64,000 nt of DNA from Bdellovibrionota bacterium (GTDB taxonomy: Bacteria > Bdellovibrionota > UBA1018 > CAIPTA01 > JAALKR01), in contig CBDBMJ010000001.1 of assembly GCA_965207455.1 (NCBI GenBank), positions 832,001 to 896,000 of the forward strand. Reading direction: 5' to 3'. Below are positions 52,457 to 64,000 of the stretch, in pieces. Every line of letters begins with the position of its first letter. Within the stretch, counting starts at the first letter, position 1. Under the pieces are notes generated by a model. It ran no database searches. It was given only the letters and a program-made list of their open reading frames with translations, and was not told where the DNA came from. A program made the translations under genes and the position numbers.

Positions 52457-53365
52457 ATGGCAATTGGAAAACGTTTATTTCTTTTCTTATTCATAAACCT
52501 GGCAGTAATACTATCCCTCTCTATTCTTCTCTCGTTACTGGGAGTCAACCACTACATCACAGCTAACGGTATAGATTTTACAGCCCTATTAATTTTCTGT
52601 TCCGTGTTTGGAATGGGCGGTGCCTTTATATCCCTTTGGATATCCAAACCAATCGCCAAATGGACCATGAAGATAAAAATAATTTCCCCCCAATCTCCTG
52701 GTCAATTTGCTGACTTAGTAAATAGTGTACACACTCTCGCCAAAGCGGCTAAACTACCCAAAATGCCAGAAGTGGGAATATATGAAAGCCCAGAAATAAA
52801 TGCATTTGCCACTGGACCGTCTAAAAGCAATTCTTTAGTAGCTGTTTCCACTGGACTGCTAGAGAGCATGGACCAGGAACAAACTATGGGAGTATTGGCT
52901 CATGAAGTAGCCCACATTGCTAACGGTGACATGGTTACCATGACTCTCATACAAGGTGTGGTGAATACCTTTGTTATGGTGCTAGCTCGTGTTATAGCTT
53001 TTGCTGTTTCCAGTGCCTTCTCTAGAGACAGCGAAGAAGGCATCGGGCAATCCCCCTTCATGCATATGATGATTGTTTTTGCTTTGGAAATGCTCCTTAT
53101 GCCCATTGGTATGATCGTTGTCGCTCATTTTTCCCGAATTCGAGAATTTCGAGCCGACAAGGGGAGTGCCACTATTAATGGAAGACAAGGTATGATTGCT
53201 GCCCTAAAAGCCCTGCAAGTGGCTCAAGCAAGAGCTTATGCCTCCTCTTCGTCTACTCACGCCTCCATGTCAAGTCTACAAATATCCAATCGCCCCTCAA
53301 AAGTAAGTCTATTCTCGACTCACCCATCACTAGAAGATCGCATTCGTGCACTTGGTGGCAAATAA
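52457..53365 (+). CDS. htpX: Protease HtpX (M48B)
   Basis: NAFATG, LVAVSTGLL, HEVAHIANGDMVTMTLIQGVVNTFV, FSRIREFRAD, THPSLEDRI; AAGGAG RBS. Confidence 0.95.
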   Translation: MAIGKRLFLFLFINLAVILSLSILLSLLGVNHYITANGIDFTALLIFCSVFGMGGAFISLWISKPIAKWTMKIKIISPQSPGQFADLVNSVHTLAKAAKLPKMPEVGIYESPEINAFATGPSKSNSLVAVSTGLLESMDQEQTMGVLAHEVAHIANGDMVTMTLIQGVVNTFVMVLARVIAFAVSSAFSRDSEEGIGQSPFMHMMIVFALEMLLMPIGMIVVAHFSRIREFRADKGSATINGRQGMIAALKALQVAQARAYASSSSTHASMSSLQISNRPSKVSLFSTHPSLEDRIRALGGK

Positions 53366-53377
53366 AGGGTTGACCTG

Positions 53378-54208
53378 TTGGCAAAAAAAAAAACTATTAC
53401 AAACGATAAATATGCTCTGTATGAAGCTTCAGTACAGGATGTAGTATCAGATGCAGATATTATACGAGAAGTATATAAAAAAATATATCCATTAAAAACT
53501 CCCCATATACTAAGGGAAGATTTCTGTGGCACCTTCTCCCTATGCTGTGAATGGGTTAAGAAAGGAACTCAATATAAATCCATTGGTATCGATCTGAGTT
53601 CTGAAACCATAGAATATGGCAAAAAAAATCATCTCTCCAAGTTAAGTAAAGATGAACAGAAGCGAGTTTCCATTTACCAAAAGAATGTAAAATCTAAAAC
53701 TAAAAAAGCAGATATTATTGTAGCTAATAACTTTTCTTATTTTATATTCTTAACCAGAAAGGAGTTATGCGCTTATTTTAAGCACTGCCTATCTTCATTA
53801 ACGGATGATGGATTACTCCAAATGGATATTTTTGGTGGACCTGAGGCAGAAGAAGTGTTGGAAGAAAAAACCACAATCACCGATAATAAAATTAAAACCT
53901 TTAAATATATATGGGAGCTTGCAGATTTCAACCCCATAACCAGAAAAGGCAATTTCTATATTCATTTTCAATTTCCAAAAGCTAAAAGAATTTCAAAAGC
54001 CTTTCATTACTATTGGAGAATGTGGACAATTCCAGAGATACGGGAACTCCTGTATGAAGCGGGATTTACAGAAACTTATATTTTTTGGGAAGAGGACGAT
54101 GAGGATGGAGACGGAACTGGAGAGTTTTACTTAACCGAAAAAGAAGAAAATGACCCCACATGGCTAGCCTATATTGTGGCAGGCAAGAAAAAAAAGAGGA
54201 AAGCGTGA
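53378..54208 (+). CDS. Class I SAM-dependent methyltransferase of unknown substrate
   Basis: [15 protein letters not shown] (motif I variant), [24 protein letters not shown]. Confidence 0.8.
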   Translation: MAKKKTITNDKYALYEASVQDVVSDADIIREVYKKIYPLKTPHILREDFCGTFSLCCEWVKKGTQYKSIGIDLSSETIEYGKKNHLSKLSKDEQKRVSIYQKNVKSKTKKADIIVANNFSYFIFLTRKELCAYFKHCLSSLTDDGLLQMDIFGGPEAEEVLEEKTTITDNKIKTFKYIWELADFNPITRKGNFYIHFQFPKAKRISKAFHYYWRMWTIPEIRELLYEAGFTETYIFWEEDDEDGDGTGEFYLTEKEENDPTWLAYIVAGKKKKRKA

Positions 54209-55449
54209 TGAACTCTCAAGAAATAATAGATCTAGAGAGCCGTTATGGAGCCCATAACTACCATCCAATTCCTGTTGTGCTCAACAAAGGTAGGGGAGTT
54301 TATGTATGGGACATGGAGGATAAAAAGTACTTTGATTTTCTTTCTGCCTACTCTGCCGTAAATCAAGGTCATTGTCACCCTAAGATTCTCCAAGCTCTAA
54401 AAGAACAAGCAGAAAAGTTAATGCTCACTTCCCGTGCTTTTTATAATGACAAATTAGGCGAGTATGAAAAGTTTATTACAAATTATTTCAACTACAACAA
54501 AGTACTTCCCATGAATACGGGCGTGGAAGGTGTGGAAACTGCTTTAAAACTATGTCGGAAATGGGCCTACAAAAAAAAAGAAATTCCAGAGAATAAAGCT
54601 AAAATTATATTTATGGAAGGTGGCTTCCATGGACGAACATTAGCTGTTATTTCCGCATCCACAGATCCTGTTGCTCGAAATGACTTTGGTCCATTCCTCC
54701 CCGGAATTGAACTTATTCCTTATAACGATATAAATGCTGTGGAAAAAGCCCTGCAAGACCCCCATGTTGCAGGTATTATACTGGAACCCATACAAGGAGA
54801 GGCTGGAGTGCTTATACCAGACAAAGGTTACTTGAAAAAAACCTTTCAACTGTGTGAAGAAAAAAATGTTTTATTTATTGCAGATGAAGTCCAAACAGGA
54901 TTAGCCAGAACAGGGAAAAAATTAGCTTGTGATCATGAGAACGTCCGTCCCCATATTCTTATTCTTGGGAAAGCTCTTTCTGGAGGAGCCTTTCCCGTAT
55001 CTGCAGTGCTAGCCGACGATGATATTATGATGTGTCTCCAACCCGGAGAACATGGCTCAACCTACGGAGGAAACCCCATTGCTTGTGCCACAGCCATTGC
55101 TGCTTTAAAAGTATTAGAGGAAGAAAATCTAGCTGAAAATGCAGCTACCTTGGGAAACATATTTCGTGAAGAAATGTCTACCATGAGCTATCCATGGGTT
55201 AAGGAAGTTCGAGGCGTAGGACTACTCAATGCTGTTGAAATCTACCCTCAGAGGAAAGGAAAAATAGAAATATCGGCTTGGAATATTTGTATGCAACTTG
55301 CTAAAAATGGTCTTCTAGCAAAACCTACCCATGAAAATATTATTCGATTTGCACCGCCTCTAGTGATTACAGAAAAAGAAATTTTTAAGGCCTGTAAAAT
55401 TATCCAAGAAACTTTTAAGCAATATAATAGCGAATATGCACAATCATAA
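54208..55449 (+). CDS. rocD: Ornithine--oxo-acid aminotransferase
   Basis: [62 protein letters not shown] 54208 overlaps the previous stop. Confidence 0.95.
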   Translation: MNSQEIIDLESRYGAHNYHPIPVVLNKGRGVYVWDMEDKKYFDFLSAYSAVNQGHCHPKILQALKEQAEKLMLTSRAFYNDKLGEYEKFITNYFNYNKVLPMNTGVEGVETALKLCRKWAYKKKEIPENKAKIIFMEGGFHGRTLAVISASTDPVARNDFGPFLPGIELIPYNDINAVEKALQDPHVAGIILEPIQGEAGVLIPDKGYLKKTFQLCEEKNVLFIADEVQTGLARTGKKLACDHENVRPHILILGKALSGGAFPVSAVLADDDIMMCLQPGEHGSTYGGNPIACATAIAALKVLEEENLAENAATLGNIFREEMSTMSYPWVKEVRGVGLLNAVEIYPQRKGKIEISAWNICMQLAKNGLLAKPTHENIIRFAPPLVITEKEIFKACKIIQETFKQYNSEYAQS

Positions 55450-56305
55450 TCACGATAATAGTAGCAAAAATATAGCCACCGCTTTTTATCTCAATTTTTT
55501 CTTTGCCATAGTGGAGCTTGTGGGAGGTTTTCTTACCGGAAGTGTAGCAATCTTGGCCGACGCTGTACATGACCTAGGCGACTGCTTAAGCCTTGGGATC
55601 GCCTGGTTTCTGCAAAGATTATCTCACAAGGGAAAAACACCTTCCTTTAGTTATGGCTATGGCAGGTTGTCTCTTTTATCTGCACTCCTATCTGGATTAA
55701 TTATTTCTATAGGCTCTTTTTTCATTATTGTGGAAACCGTTCCCCGATTTTTTATTCCTTCCCCTCCCCATGGAAAAGGAATGCTTCTCATTGCTATCTT
55801 TGGGATATGTGTAAACTTAATTGCCACCATTCGTTTATCCAAGGGAAAATCCATGAATGAAAAAATGTTACAATGGCATTTTGTAGAAGATATTCTTGGT
55901 TGGGTGGCAATACTCATAGGTTCTCTATTTATTATATGGAAAGGTTGGTATTGGATAGATCCTCTATTAGCTGTTTTAGTTTCCACTTATGTTATATGGA
56001 ATATGATAAAAAATTTAAAAAAAACCATAAAATTATTTCTACAATCTGTACCAGAAGATTTTTCTAAGGAAGATTTTCAAAAGAAAGCCATTCAAATAAA
56101 TGGAATAAAAGAAATACATGATCTTCATATATGGTCCCTGGATGGCACTAATCACATACTATCTCTTCATGCTATTATAGACAGTAATAAAAATTCCCCA
56201 AGAATTAAAAAAGAAATTAGAATAGTTGCTAAAAGTATGGGCAATTATCATACAACTATCGAGTTAGAGTTTTCTGAAGAGAACTGCCCAGAAACAGGAG
56301 GCTAA
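55436..56305 (+). CDS. czcD: Cation diffusion facilitator (Zn/Co/Cd efflux)
   Basis: His-rich N-terminus, DAVHD, HFVED, HDLHIW. Confidence 0.88.
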   Translation: MHNHNHDNSSKNIATAFYLNFFFAIVELVGGFLTGSVAILADAVHDLGDCLSLGIAWFLQRLSHKGKTPSFSYGYGRLSLLSALLSGLIISIGSFFIIVETVPRFFIPSPPHGKGMLLIAIFGICVNLIATIRLSKGKSMNEKMLQWHFVEDILGWVAILIGSLFIIWKGWYWIDPLLAVLVSTYVIWNMIKNLKKTIKLFLQSVPEDFSKEDFQKKAIQINGIKEIHDLHIWSLDGTNHILSLHAIIDSNKNSPRIKKEIRIVAKSMGNYHTTIELEFSEENCPETGG

Positions 56306-56418
56306 ATATTATTTTCTGAGACCACGAATTAATACATTGCATTATCGCCCCTTTTGATGAGCTTTTTTATGGTTCAGATCTTGATTTAGATGATAGAGGA
56401 GGAGTACAATAGATAGTA

Positions 56419-56970
56419 ATGAGACTCAAGAAATATCAAGCTATTGCTTTGATTATAGTGATTATTACTACTGGTCCATTTTGGACAAAACAAGTATTGG
56501 CAAAGCCAACTATTCAGCAAGCAAAATTATCCAAGGACTTTTCCATTCCTTATGACGCCAAACAGTGGAATTTTAAAATTATTTATCTGCAAGAAAGAGG
56601 TATTCCTATTTTTGAACATAGAGAACATCCTGGATTAACTACTCACATTAACATTGCACTACTTAACGCCTTGGAAAAGAAAAAACAAAGCAAGATAGCC
56701 ACTTTAAGACAATTAAAAAAGATTTGCTTAGAAACAAATAAAGTTTTTCAAACAATTCCAAGGGAAAGCAAATCTCTCTTTACTATAAAAAATAAAAAAA
56801 ATCCATATTGTCATCGTCAAAAGAAAAGATTAGCTCAAGTGCTTTGGATTAAACCAGACAATAGATTTATCATGAATTATCTAGTTTCCTTTACGATTTC
56901 TCCTCCTAAAGATAAAGCAATCATTCAATATAAGAAAGAAGTAAGAGAATTTATTCAAGGAGCCTTGTGA
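56419..56970 (+). CDS. Hypothetical exported basic protein
   Basis: Signal peptide (..QVLA), one Cys pair, 4-bp overlap with the next gene. Confidence 0.65.
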   Translation: MRLKKYQAIALIIVIITTGPFWTKQVLAKPTIQQAKLSKDFSIPYDAKQWNFKIIYLQERGIPIFEHREHPGLTTHINIALLNALEKKKQSKIATLRQLKKICLETNKVFQTIPRESKSLFTIKNKKNPYCHRQKKRLAQVLWIKPDNRFIMNYLVSFTISPPKDKAIIQYKKEVREFIQGAL

Positions 56971-59060
56971 GGATATATCTTCTTATTTTTATTTTCATAG
57001 TGATTCCACTTGAACACTTGAAAGCAGATCCTTTGAAAGGCTGTCCTTTTAAAGAATCTGAAGATTCTAATATTGAAACTATAATTAGCAAGTTAAAAGA
57101 AATAGAAGGTAAATGTAAATCATTAAAAAAAGACGCATCCAGTTTGAGACAAGCTCTTGAAACTCATTTGGATAAACTAGCTCCATCACAGTCTAGAACT
57201 GGCGCTACTATTAGTAGCCCATACTATCAGGATAATGACTTTGACAGTTTATATCCACAGTCTTCTGGAAGTTCATACTCACTATCCTTTGGAGGCTTTG
57301 GTAGCGGAAGATCATCCTCTAATAATTGTGATGCAGATGCTAGACCTACTATTGAAGAAGAATATAGACTCATTAAGGAACTTTATAAACAAGATGCTAT
57401 TCCTCCTGTTTCATCCAATGTTGGAGAATATGCTAATTGCTTTAAAGGAAAACGAACAAATTTTGATTATGACCCGATCATTACCACTGATAACTCATCT
57501 ACTGATAAAGAAGAAACTAAAAAATGCATTGAGAAAGTAAGAATTTCAGCTACGGAAACATGGAAGAGTAAGTGTAAAAGTAAATTTGAGACAAGTAAAG
57601 TATCAGGCAAAAATAATGCTCTTAAAGAAGCGGTAAGGAGTATATCTCTTTACACAAATGCTATCATTTCTGGTTCATCTCAATGTTCTTCAGAAGATAT
57701 TGCCGAGGATATCTTGAGCTTCTCCATTCCATTGATTGCTACAATAGGAAGTCTATCTGTGGGAACTGGCTTAGCTGGAGCAGGAATAGCTCTTGGTGGT
57801 GAGATTCTCAGCAGTTTAGTAGAATCCTTGACAAAAGATGGTTCAGCAAAGGCTATAGATGAGTTAGCAAAGCTAAAAGACACTCAAGATCTTCACTGTC
57901 TGTATTACTATACTCAAAATAAAGTTTTACGATGTGGAGAAAAAAATGCTATATCAAAATCTCCTGTACCAAAGGGTATAAAGAACATTATGAAACAACT
58001 TATTAATTACGGGCAAGAGAATACAGATTATAAAGATGGGGCAGACATTATGATTGCTAAGAAAGCAGATAATTATATGCAGCATCTTGAAGAGAATAAA
58101 ATCACTACCCCTTTTAGTAAAAATGGAAAGGAATCTTCTATGACAAGATCTCCAATTACAATACTTCATACTCTTAAGAAAAGTCTTGAGCAACAACAGA
58201 ATATAAGTGGAAGCGACCAAGTGATATCGAACAAAATATCAGAACTTATCAAAACATATAAAGATTATAAATATCGAGATAAAACAGCAGATGTGACTGC
58301 AAAGAGCCAAGCATTCATTCAATCTTTTTTATCAATAGACTTAGGCCACGAATCTACAAACAATAGCATATATCCTTTGGCAAGGGTTTATAACCGACTT
58401 ATTGAATTGGAAAACCCCAATGATTTTCATGACGATTCTGTGATACAGCAGTTGAGTTCTATCAGCCAAAACAGTACTCCAATTACAGTGGATTTGAGAG
58501 CACCACATATTGTACATGATGCTCTTATAGATAAAGTCCCAAAAAAATTTAAAGCGCAACTGAAAGATCTTTTTAGTGAATATGAAGCAAACCTTCAACC
58601 ACTAGTAAAGGGGATTATTAAAAAGAAAGAAGAAGAAAAAAGCCAAATAGAGATAAATAATCGAAAAAGAAATATTGGATACATCACTAATCTCTATAAG
58701 GCATGTACTTTAACGGCAAGCGCCCATTATTTTAAAGAAAAGAAAGGTCACGCACATAGTGTTAATCTTATTCATGACAAGCCGCCTAAAGAGTATCAAA
58801 AGAAATGCAATATGTTTCGCTGCCGTGGGACTGATATCAAGAACGATGGATATTTAAAGTTTTTTCCGAACAAGAAGAAGCTTCCCAACAACCGTCCTTC
58901 GGAACTGGCAGAATATCAATGTGGGATAAACCTAACTTTTTCTTATAATTTAAACCGTCTAAAGCACTACTATATGAAATATGGAAACATATGCCCTAAA
59001 GTAAAACTAAAAGCCCAACAACTTAAGCTTAAGCGAAAATTAGGTGACGATGCCAAATAA
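56967..59060 (+). CDS. Hypothetical secreted Cys-rich protein with a central hydrophobic Gly/Ala-rich segment
   Basis: Signal peptide (..HLKA), many Cys, segment [37 protein letters not shown]. Confidence 0.75.
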   Translation: MRIYLLIFIFIVIPLEHLKADPLKGCPFKESEDSNIETIISKLKEIEGKCKSLKKDASSLRQALETHLDKLAPSQSRTGATISSPYYQDNDFDSLYPQSSGSSYSLSFGGFGSGRSSSNNCDADARPTIEEEYRLIKELYKQDAIPPVSSNVGEYANCFKGKRTNFDYDPIITTDNSSTDKEETKKCIEKVRISATETWKSKCKSKFETSKVSGKNNALKEAVRSISLYTNAIISGSSQCSSEDIAEDILSFSIPLIATIGSLSVGTGLAGAGIALGGEILSSLVESLTKDGSAKAIDELAKLKDTQDLHCLYYYTQNKVLRCGEKNAISKSPVPKGIKNIMKQLINYGQENTDYKDGADIMIAKKADNYMQHLEENKITTPFSKNGKESSMTRSPITILHTLKKSLEQQQNISGSDQVISNKISELIKTYKDYKYRDKTADVTAKSQAFIQSFLSIDLGHESTNNSIYPLARVYNRLIELENPNDFHDDSVIQQLSSISQNSTPITVDLRAPHIVHDALIDKVPKKFKAQLKDLFSEYEANLQPLVKGIIKKKEEEKSQIEINNRKRNIGYITNLYKACTLTASAHYFKEKKGHAHSVNLIHDKPPKEYQKKCNMFRCRGTDIKNDGYLKFFPNKKKLPNNRPSELAEYQCGINLTFSYNLNRLKHYYMKYGNICPKVKLKAQQLKLKRKLGDDAK

Positions 59061-59091
59061 ATTTAGGTTCTCAAATTATATAAATAACTAT

Positions 59092-59847
59092 TTATCCTTT
59101 GAATGATGCTTTTAAATATTCTCTATTCATTCTTGCGATATTTTCCACAGAGATGTCCTTAGGGCAAGCAGCTTCACATTTCAAGGTGTTGGTGCAATTT
59201 CCAAAACCCTGCTCATCCATGGCATGTACCATATTTAATACGCGACGTTCTTTTTCTGGCTTTCCTTGGGGCAATAAACCCAAGTGGGAAACTTTGGCAG
59301 AAACAAATAGCATGGCAGAGGCATTTTTACAAACAGCCACACAGGCACCACAGCCAATACAGGCAGCGGCATCCATGGCAGCTTCTGATGATACTTTAGG
59401 AATTAGGATGGCATTAGCATCTTGAGCATTGCCCACATTCGTGGAAATATAACCTCCTGCCTCCACAATTCGGTCGAATGAGCAGCGATCCACAACTAAA
59501 TCTTTAATCACAGGAAATGCTTTTGCTCGAAATGGCTCCACTACGATGGTGTCTCCATCTTTAAACTTCCGCATATGAAGCTGACAAGTGGTGGTACTTT
59601 TTTCTGGTCCATGGGGTGCACCGTTGATTACCATGGAGCAAGCGCCACAAATTCCTTCGCGACAGTCGTGTTCAAAGGCAATGGGTTCTTTTTTTTCATG
59701 AATGAGAGTTTCATTGAGAACGTCGAACATTTCTAAAAAAGACATGTCGGGAGAAATTCCTTCTACAGTATGTTTTTCTAAATATCCTTTATCTTCTTTG
59801 CTTTTTTGTCGCCAAACTTGAAGATGAATTTTTATTTTTTTATCCAA
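59092..59847 (-). CDS. sdhB: Succinate dehydrogenase/fumarate reductase iron-sulfur subunit
   Basis: [32 protein letters not shown]. Confidence 0.96.
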   Translation of the reverse strand: MDKKIKIHLQVWRQKSKEDKGYLEKHTVEGISPDMSFLEMFDVLNETLIHEKKEPIAFEHDCREGICGACSMVINGAPHGPEKSTTTCQLHMRKFKDGDTIVVEPFRAKAFPVIKDLVVDRCSFDRIVEAGGYISTNVGNAQDANAILIPKVSSEAAMDAAACIGCGACVAVCKNASAMLFVSAKVSHLGLLPQGKPEKERRVLNMVHAMDEQGFGNCTNTLKCEAACPKDISVENIARMNREYLKASFKG

Positions 59848-59862
59848 TTTTTTATTCCTTTA

Positions 59863-61767
59863 TTATTTATAACTTCGTTGAGATGGTTTCACATATTCAA
59901 ATTTTAATTTTTCTGTGTGTCGTTTGGGGACTTTATTATATTCCCAAGCAGCACAATGGGAAAATTTTTCATCTTCCCGTTTCGCTTCTCCATCGGATGT
60001 TTGCCATTCTTCTCGAAAATGTCCGCCACAGGACTCTTTTCTTTCCAAAGCATCTCGACACATTAATTCTCCTAGCTCTAAAAAGTCTGCCACTCTTCCC
60101 GCCTTCTCCAGCTCTTGATTAAAACTTTTTGTTTCTCCGGGCACATATACATTTTGCCAAAATTCTTCTCTTAGTTGGGGAATTTTCTCCAAAGCTTCCT
60201 TTAAACCTTTCTCGTTACGAGCCATACCGCACTTATCCCACATTATATGACCTAATTCTTTATGAAAGTCATCCACAGTGCGATTTCCCTTAATGGAAAG
60301 AAATTTCTCCATTCGCTGACGTGTTTCTTCTTTTATAGATCCAACAGCCTCTTCCGATTCTTTCAAAGGCTTTAAATTTGTGGAGGCAAAGTAATGACCT
60401 AATGTATAGGGAATAACAAAATATCCATCGGCTAAGCCTTGCATAAGGGCAGAGGCTCCAAGACGATTTGCCCCATGGTCTGAAAAATTCGCTTCACCCA
60501 ATACATGGAGACCAGGCAAGGTGCTCATTAAGTTATAATCCACCCACAACCCTCCCATCGTGTAATGAACGGCTGGATAAATCCGCATGGGAGTGGCATA
60601 AGGGTCGTCCCCCACAATTTTCTCATACATTTGAAAAAGATTACCATATTTGCTTTCAATTGTTTGTACGCCATCTCGTTGAATAGCATCTTCAAAATCC
60701 AAATAAACAGATAAGCCAGTAGTGCCAACTCCTCGTCCTTCATCACAGGCTTGTTTAGCCGCACGAGAAGCCACGTCTCTGGGCACCAGATTACCAAAGC
60801 TGGGATAGCGACGTTCTAAATAATAATCACGCTCTCCCTCAGGGATATCCTTTGGATTGCGTTTATCCCCCTGCTGCTTTGGAACCCAAACACGTCCATC
60901 ATTGCGAAGGGATTCACTCATTAATGTTAATTTGGATTGATAGTCTCCAGATACAGGAATACAGGTTGGATGAATCTGAGTAAAGCAAGGGTTAGCAAAA
61001 TAGGCTCCCCGTTTATAGCAACGCCAAGAAGCACTCACATTGGATCGCATGGCATTTGTAGATAGAAAGAAGACATTTCCATAACCACCTGTAGCTAAAA
61101 CAACCGCATCTCCCATATGAGTTTCCAACTCTCCTGTTTGTAGGTTACGGGTAATAATTCCACGGGCTTTTCCATCAACTACCACCACGTCCATCATTTC
61201 TTGGTATGTATGGAGCGTAACTCCCCCACTATGAACTTCCTTCATCATGGAGGAATAGGCTCCCAACAATAATTGCTGGCCTGTTTGTCCACGGGCATAG
61301 AATGTGCGAGATACTTGGGCTCCACCAAAAGAACGGTTGGCTAAGGTGCCTCCATATTCACGGGCAAAGGGCACACCTTGAGAAACACACTGGTCAATAA
61401 TAGCGGAAGATACTTGGGACAATCGATATACGTTAGATTCCCGGGAACGAAAATCTCCTCCTTTTACGGTGTCGTAAAATAAACGCCAAACAGAGTCTCC
61501 ATCGTTGGGATAATTTTTGGCAGCATTAATTCCTCCCTGAGCAGCAATGGAGTGCGCTCTTCGAGGAGAATCATGGCTACAAAAAGATTTTACCTTATAA
61601 CCTAATTCGGATAAAGAAGCCGTAGCTGAGGCTCCTGCTAGGCCTGTACCCACCACAATAACCGTGAACTTCCGCTTATTGGCTGGATTGATTAACTTAC
61701 TGTCAAATCGATGTTTGTCCCAACGCTGTTCAATGGGTCCGCCAGGTTCTTTTGAATCTAATACCAT
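59863..61767 (-). CDS. sdhA: Succinate dehydrogenase/fumarate reductase flavoprotein subunit
   Basis: [16 protein letters not shown] (covalent FAD His), [26 protein letters not shown]. Confidence 0.97.
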   Translation of the reverse strand: MVLDSKEPGGPIEQRWDKHRFDSKLINPANKRKFTVIVVGTGLAGASATASLSELGYKVKSFCSHDSPRRAHSIAAQGGINAAKNYPNDGDSVWRLFYDTVKGGDFRSRESNVYRLSQVSSAIIDQCVSQGVPFAREYGGTLANRSFGGAQVSRTFYARGQTGQQLLLGAYSSMMKEVHSGGVTLHTYQEMMDVVVVDGKARGIITRNLQTGELETHMGDAVVLATGGYGNVFFLSTNAMRSNVSASWRCYKRGAYFANPCFTQIHPTCIPVSGDYQSKLTLMSESLRNDGRVWVPKQQGDKRNPKDIPEGERDYYLERRYPSFGNLVPRDVASRAAKQACDEGRGVGTTGLSVYLDFEDAIQRDGVQTIESKYGNLFQMYEKIVGDDPYATPMRIYPAVHYTMGGLWVDYNLMSTLPGLHVLGEANFSDHGANRLGASALMQGLADGYFVIPYTLGHYFASTNLKPLKESEEAVGSIKEETRQRMEKFLSIKGNRTVDDFHKELGHIMWDKCGMARNEKGLKEALEKIPQLREEFWQNVYVPGETKSFNQELEKAGRVADFLELGELMCRDALERKESCGGHFREEWQTSDGEAKREDEKFSHCAAWEYNKVPKRHTEKLKFEYVKPSQRSYK

Positions 61768-61769
61768 AC

Positions 61770-62432
61770 TTAACCTCTAACAAAAAATAAATAAATTGGA
61801 GTAGACATAAATCCCAAAGGAATAAAAATAGCAATTCCATAGCCGATTCTTTTTATACACTTGGTATAAGTGGAGTGATACAAACCCATGGATTGTATAG
61901 AAGAAGCAAGGGCATGGAATAGGTGCAAGCTTAAAATCAACATGGAGAAAATATACCATACAAGATAAACAGGATCTTGAAACACTTCCACCATTAAGCG
62001 ATAGAGATCTCTCATTTCCACGCCAGAGTATATTGCCGTATAATGGGTTCCATATTTAAATGTAATAAGATGGAGAACAGCAAATACTAATATTAAAAGC
62101 CCTGAATAAATAAGTGTGCGAGCCGCGAAGTCCGAAGGACTTTTAGCCACTTTTCTTAAGGAGAAAACATAGGGATCGGGACGAGACCTTTTATTCTCAA
62201 CCGTTACAGTAATGGCAAATCCTATGTGAAGAAAAAAAATAAAAACTAACCCTGCCTCTGCAAGGTAAAGAAGGGGATTGGTGGTAAGACTATGCCCGTA
62301 GGAGTTATAGGTCTCTGGTCCTAGAAAAACAAATAAATTCCCTAGCATGTGGGCAAGAATAAATAGGCTCAAGGCTAGACCAGAAAAAGCCACTACCTGT
62401 TTTTTTCCTATGGAAGAATGGATATACCGCAT
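61770..62432 (-). CDS. sdhC: Succinate dehydrogenase cytochrome b subunit (single membrane anchor)
   Basis: Five TMs, SIGKK, heme-ligand His motifs (AHMLGN, FLHI, LHL, HLFHA); first gene of sdhCAB. Confidence 0.93.
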   Translation of the reverse strand: MRYIHSSIGKKQVVAFSGLALSLFILAHMLGNLFVFLGPETYNSYGHSLTTNPLLYLAEAGLVFIFFLHIGFAITVTVENKRSRPDPYVFSLRKVAKSPSDFAARTLIYSGLLILVFAVLHLITFKYGTHYTAIYSGVEMRDLYRLMVEVFQDPVYLVWYIFSMLILSLHLFHALASSIQSMGLYHSTYTKCIKRIGYGIAIFIPLGFMSTPIYLFFVRG

Positions 62433-62527
62433 AGGTATACTGTGTATTTTTTTTTGTGAGGAATCAAGAGAAATTTGTTATTCTATATATTAAATCCATT
62501 CCATTCATTCAATATAAGGAGTCCTTT

Positions 62528-63160
62528 ATGTCGTTCATAAAAACAGTTTCTTTTTACTTTTTTTTGACCTATTTCTTCCATCCCATCATCCATCCTCAAG
62601 CAAATAGTTTTGCCAGTACTGGCACCGCCACCGTGAGTCAAGTCCAAGGAAGCGTTTTCCACAACAACAAAAAAATAAATAAAAAGGACTCCTTTCCCCA
62701 GAAAGGAACAATCGTTGTAAAAGGAATAAAATCTTTTGCAGACATCCGGCTAAGCAATAATGAAATCATTCGATTTCGACAAGGGAAATTTAAATTATCT
62801 CAAAAAGAAAAAACAAAACAAAATATTTTAACAGTTATAACAGGGGAAATTTATGCCTATTTTCAAAAAAATAAGACAAAAAATCAACTGAAAATAGAAA
62901 CCAAAACTGCTGTATTGGCTGTTCGTGGCACTAAATTCATGGTTAGCGTAGAAAAACAAAAAACCTATCTCTGTGTATGTGAGGGTGAGGTAACTGCTAG
63001 CAAAATTTCTAGCCCATCCCTTACAATCCCTGTAAAAAAAGGAGATGATATATGGATCGAAAAAAATAAATCCCTAGGATTGCCCAAGCCTTCAGGAATC
63101 TCCATGATGAGTATGGTGACCGATCAATTTAGGGACATGGGCTACCCGGTGAAAAAATAA
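62528..63160 (+). CDS. FecR domain-containing exported protein
   Basis: ETKTAVLAVRGTKF and CVCEGEV motifs; AAGGAG RBS before ATG 62528. Confidence 0.75.
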   Translation: MSFIKTVSFYFFLTYFFHPIIHPQANSFASTGTATVSQVQGSVFHNNKKINKKDSFPQKGTIVVKGIKSFADIRLSNNEIIRFRQGKFKLSQKEKTKQNILTVITGEIYAYFQKNKTKNQLKIETKTAVLAVRGTKFMVSVEKQKTYLCVCEGEVTASKISSPSLTIPVKKGDDIWIEKNKSLGLPKPSGISMMSMVTDQFRDMGYPVKK

Positions 63161-63161
63161 A

Positions 63162-64000
63162 CTATTTCTTCTTCAATCGAGCACCCTGAGGGGTATCCAC
63201 AATTTGATAGCCTTGGGTCAATAGCTCTTTGCGTAGACGGTCGCTCTCTGCCCAATTCTTCTCCTTACGGGCTTTTTCCCGGCTAGCCAGCATGCTTTGG
63301 ATCTGCGAAGGTATATTGTCTATTTTTTTCGAATCCCTTAACAAACCCGAATTATTTAAATCTAAACCAAAAATACGATCCACCTCTTGACTAAGAAACT
63401 TCTTCTCCCCATCCCCAAGTGAACCATCTTTTAAAGCAGTAAAAAAAATACTCATGGCCTGTGGTGTATTTAAATCATCAAAAATAGCTTTTTGAAATCC
63501 ATGAATATACTCCATCACCTTAGGCGTTTCATTAGAAGCAGGTAGTTCTCCCCAACTCACTATACGTTCCAATAACTTCCTTCGACCAATTCTTGCACTA
63601 TCCAAAGCCTCATAATGAAAACTCAACTCCCGTCGATAATGAGCCTGCAAAAGTAAAAAACGATAATCTAAAAAATGATAACCCTTCTCCTCAAGAAGAG
63701 ACAAAGTAAGGAACTCCCCTTTAGACTTACTCATCTTACTCTTCTCCTCAGTAAGAAATTGCCCATGCATCCAATAACGAGAAAAAGGAACACTCCCCGT
63801 AGAAGCCTCACTCTGTGCTATCTCATTCGGATGGTGAACCGTAATATGATCCTTACCTCCACAATGAATATCCAATGTGGAACCTAAATACTTCATGGAC
63901 ATGGCTGAACACTCAATATGCCAACCCGGAAATCCCGTTCCCCAAGGACTCTCCCACTCCATCTGTCGCTTTCCATCCTTAGGCGAGAACTTCCACAAAG
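63162..64000 (-). CDS. cysS: Cysteine--tRNA ligase (5' part outside the window)
   Basis: GFPGWHIECSAM, DIHCGG.DH...HH.NEIAQ, KMSKS, DDLNTP, SDRLR. Confidence 0.97.
   Translation of the reverse strand, partial: LWKFSPKDGKRQMEWESPWGTGFPGWHIECSAMSMKYLGSTLDIHCGGKDHITVHHPNEIAQSEASTGSVPFSRYWMHGQFLTEEKSKMSKSKGEFLTLSLLEEKGYHFLDYRFLLLQAHYRRELSFHYEALDSARIGRRKLLERIVSWGELPASNETPKVMEYIHGFQKAIFDDLNTPQAMSIFFTALKDGSLGDGEKKFLSQEVDRIFGLDLNNSGLLRDSKKIDNIPSQIQSMLASREKARKEKNWAESDRLRKELLTQGYQIVDTPQGARLKKK

Noticed and set aside
62528..63160. FecIRA-type cell-surface signalling system
   Set aside because: No ECF sigma factor or TonB-dependent receptor adjacent; stand-alone FecR-domain proteins are common.

Overview
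64 kb of an AT-rich bacterial chromosome, probably Bdellovibrionota (Bacteriovoracia/Oligoflexia-like); this is inferred from the style of the dpp, sdhCAB, outer-membrane barrel, FecR-like and large Cys-rich secreted genes and was not checked by search. Housekeeping genes (dppABC, tadA, gpmA, ettA, htpX, rocD, czcD, sdhCAB, cysS) alternate with accessory loci. The most unusual are: (1) a tight three-gene operon of 2-aminophenol 1,6-dioxygenase subunits (amnB/amnA-like) plus a class 3 asparaginase-like hydrolase whose zinc ligands are all replaced; (2) an amidohydrolase(HxxQ)-queD-adenine deaminase cluster; (3) an AT-rich ~24 kb two-partner secretion locus with a 6404-aa LktA/FHA-like exoprotein, a TpsB missing both residues of the conserved lid-lock salt bridge, and an antisense gene between tpsA and tpsB; (4) an RCC1/BLIP-II protein with six copies of a disulfide-rich basic module; (5) a 334-bp IS1595-derived miniature element with perfect 25-bp inverted repeats beside a second IS1595 relic; (6) tandem ~1000-aa lipoprotein paralogs; (7) a 14-bp palindrome-core tandem repeat in a divergent intergenic region. 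I recognised no rRNA, tRNA, CRISPR array, integrase or prophage.
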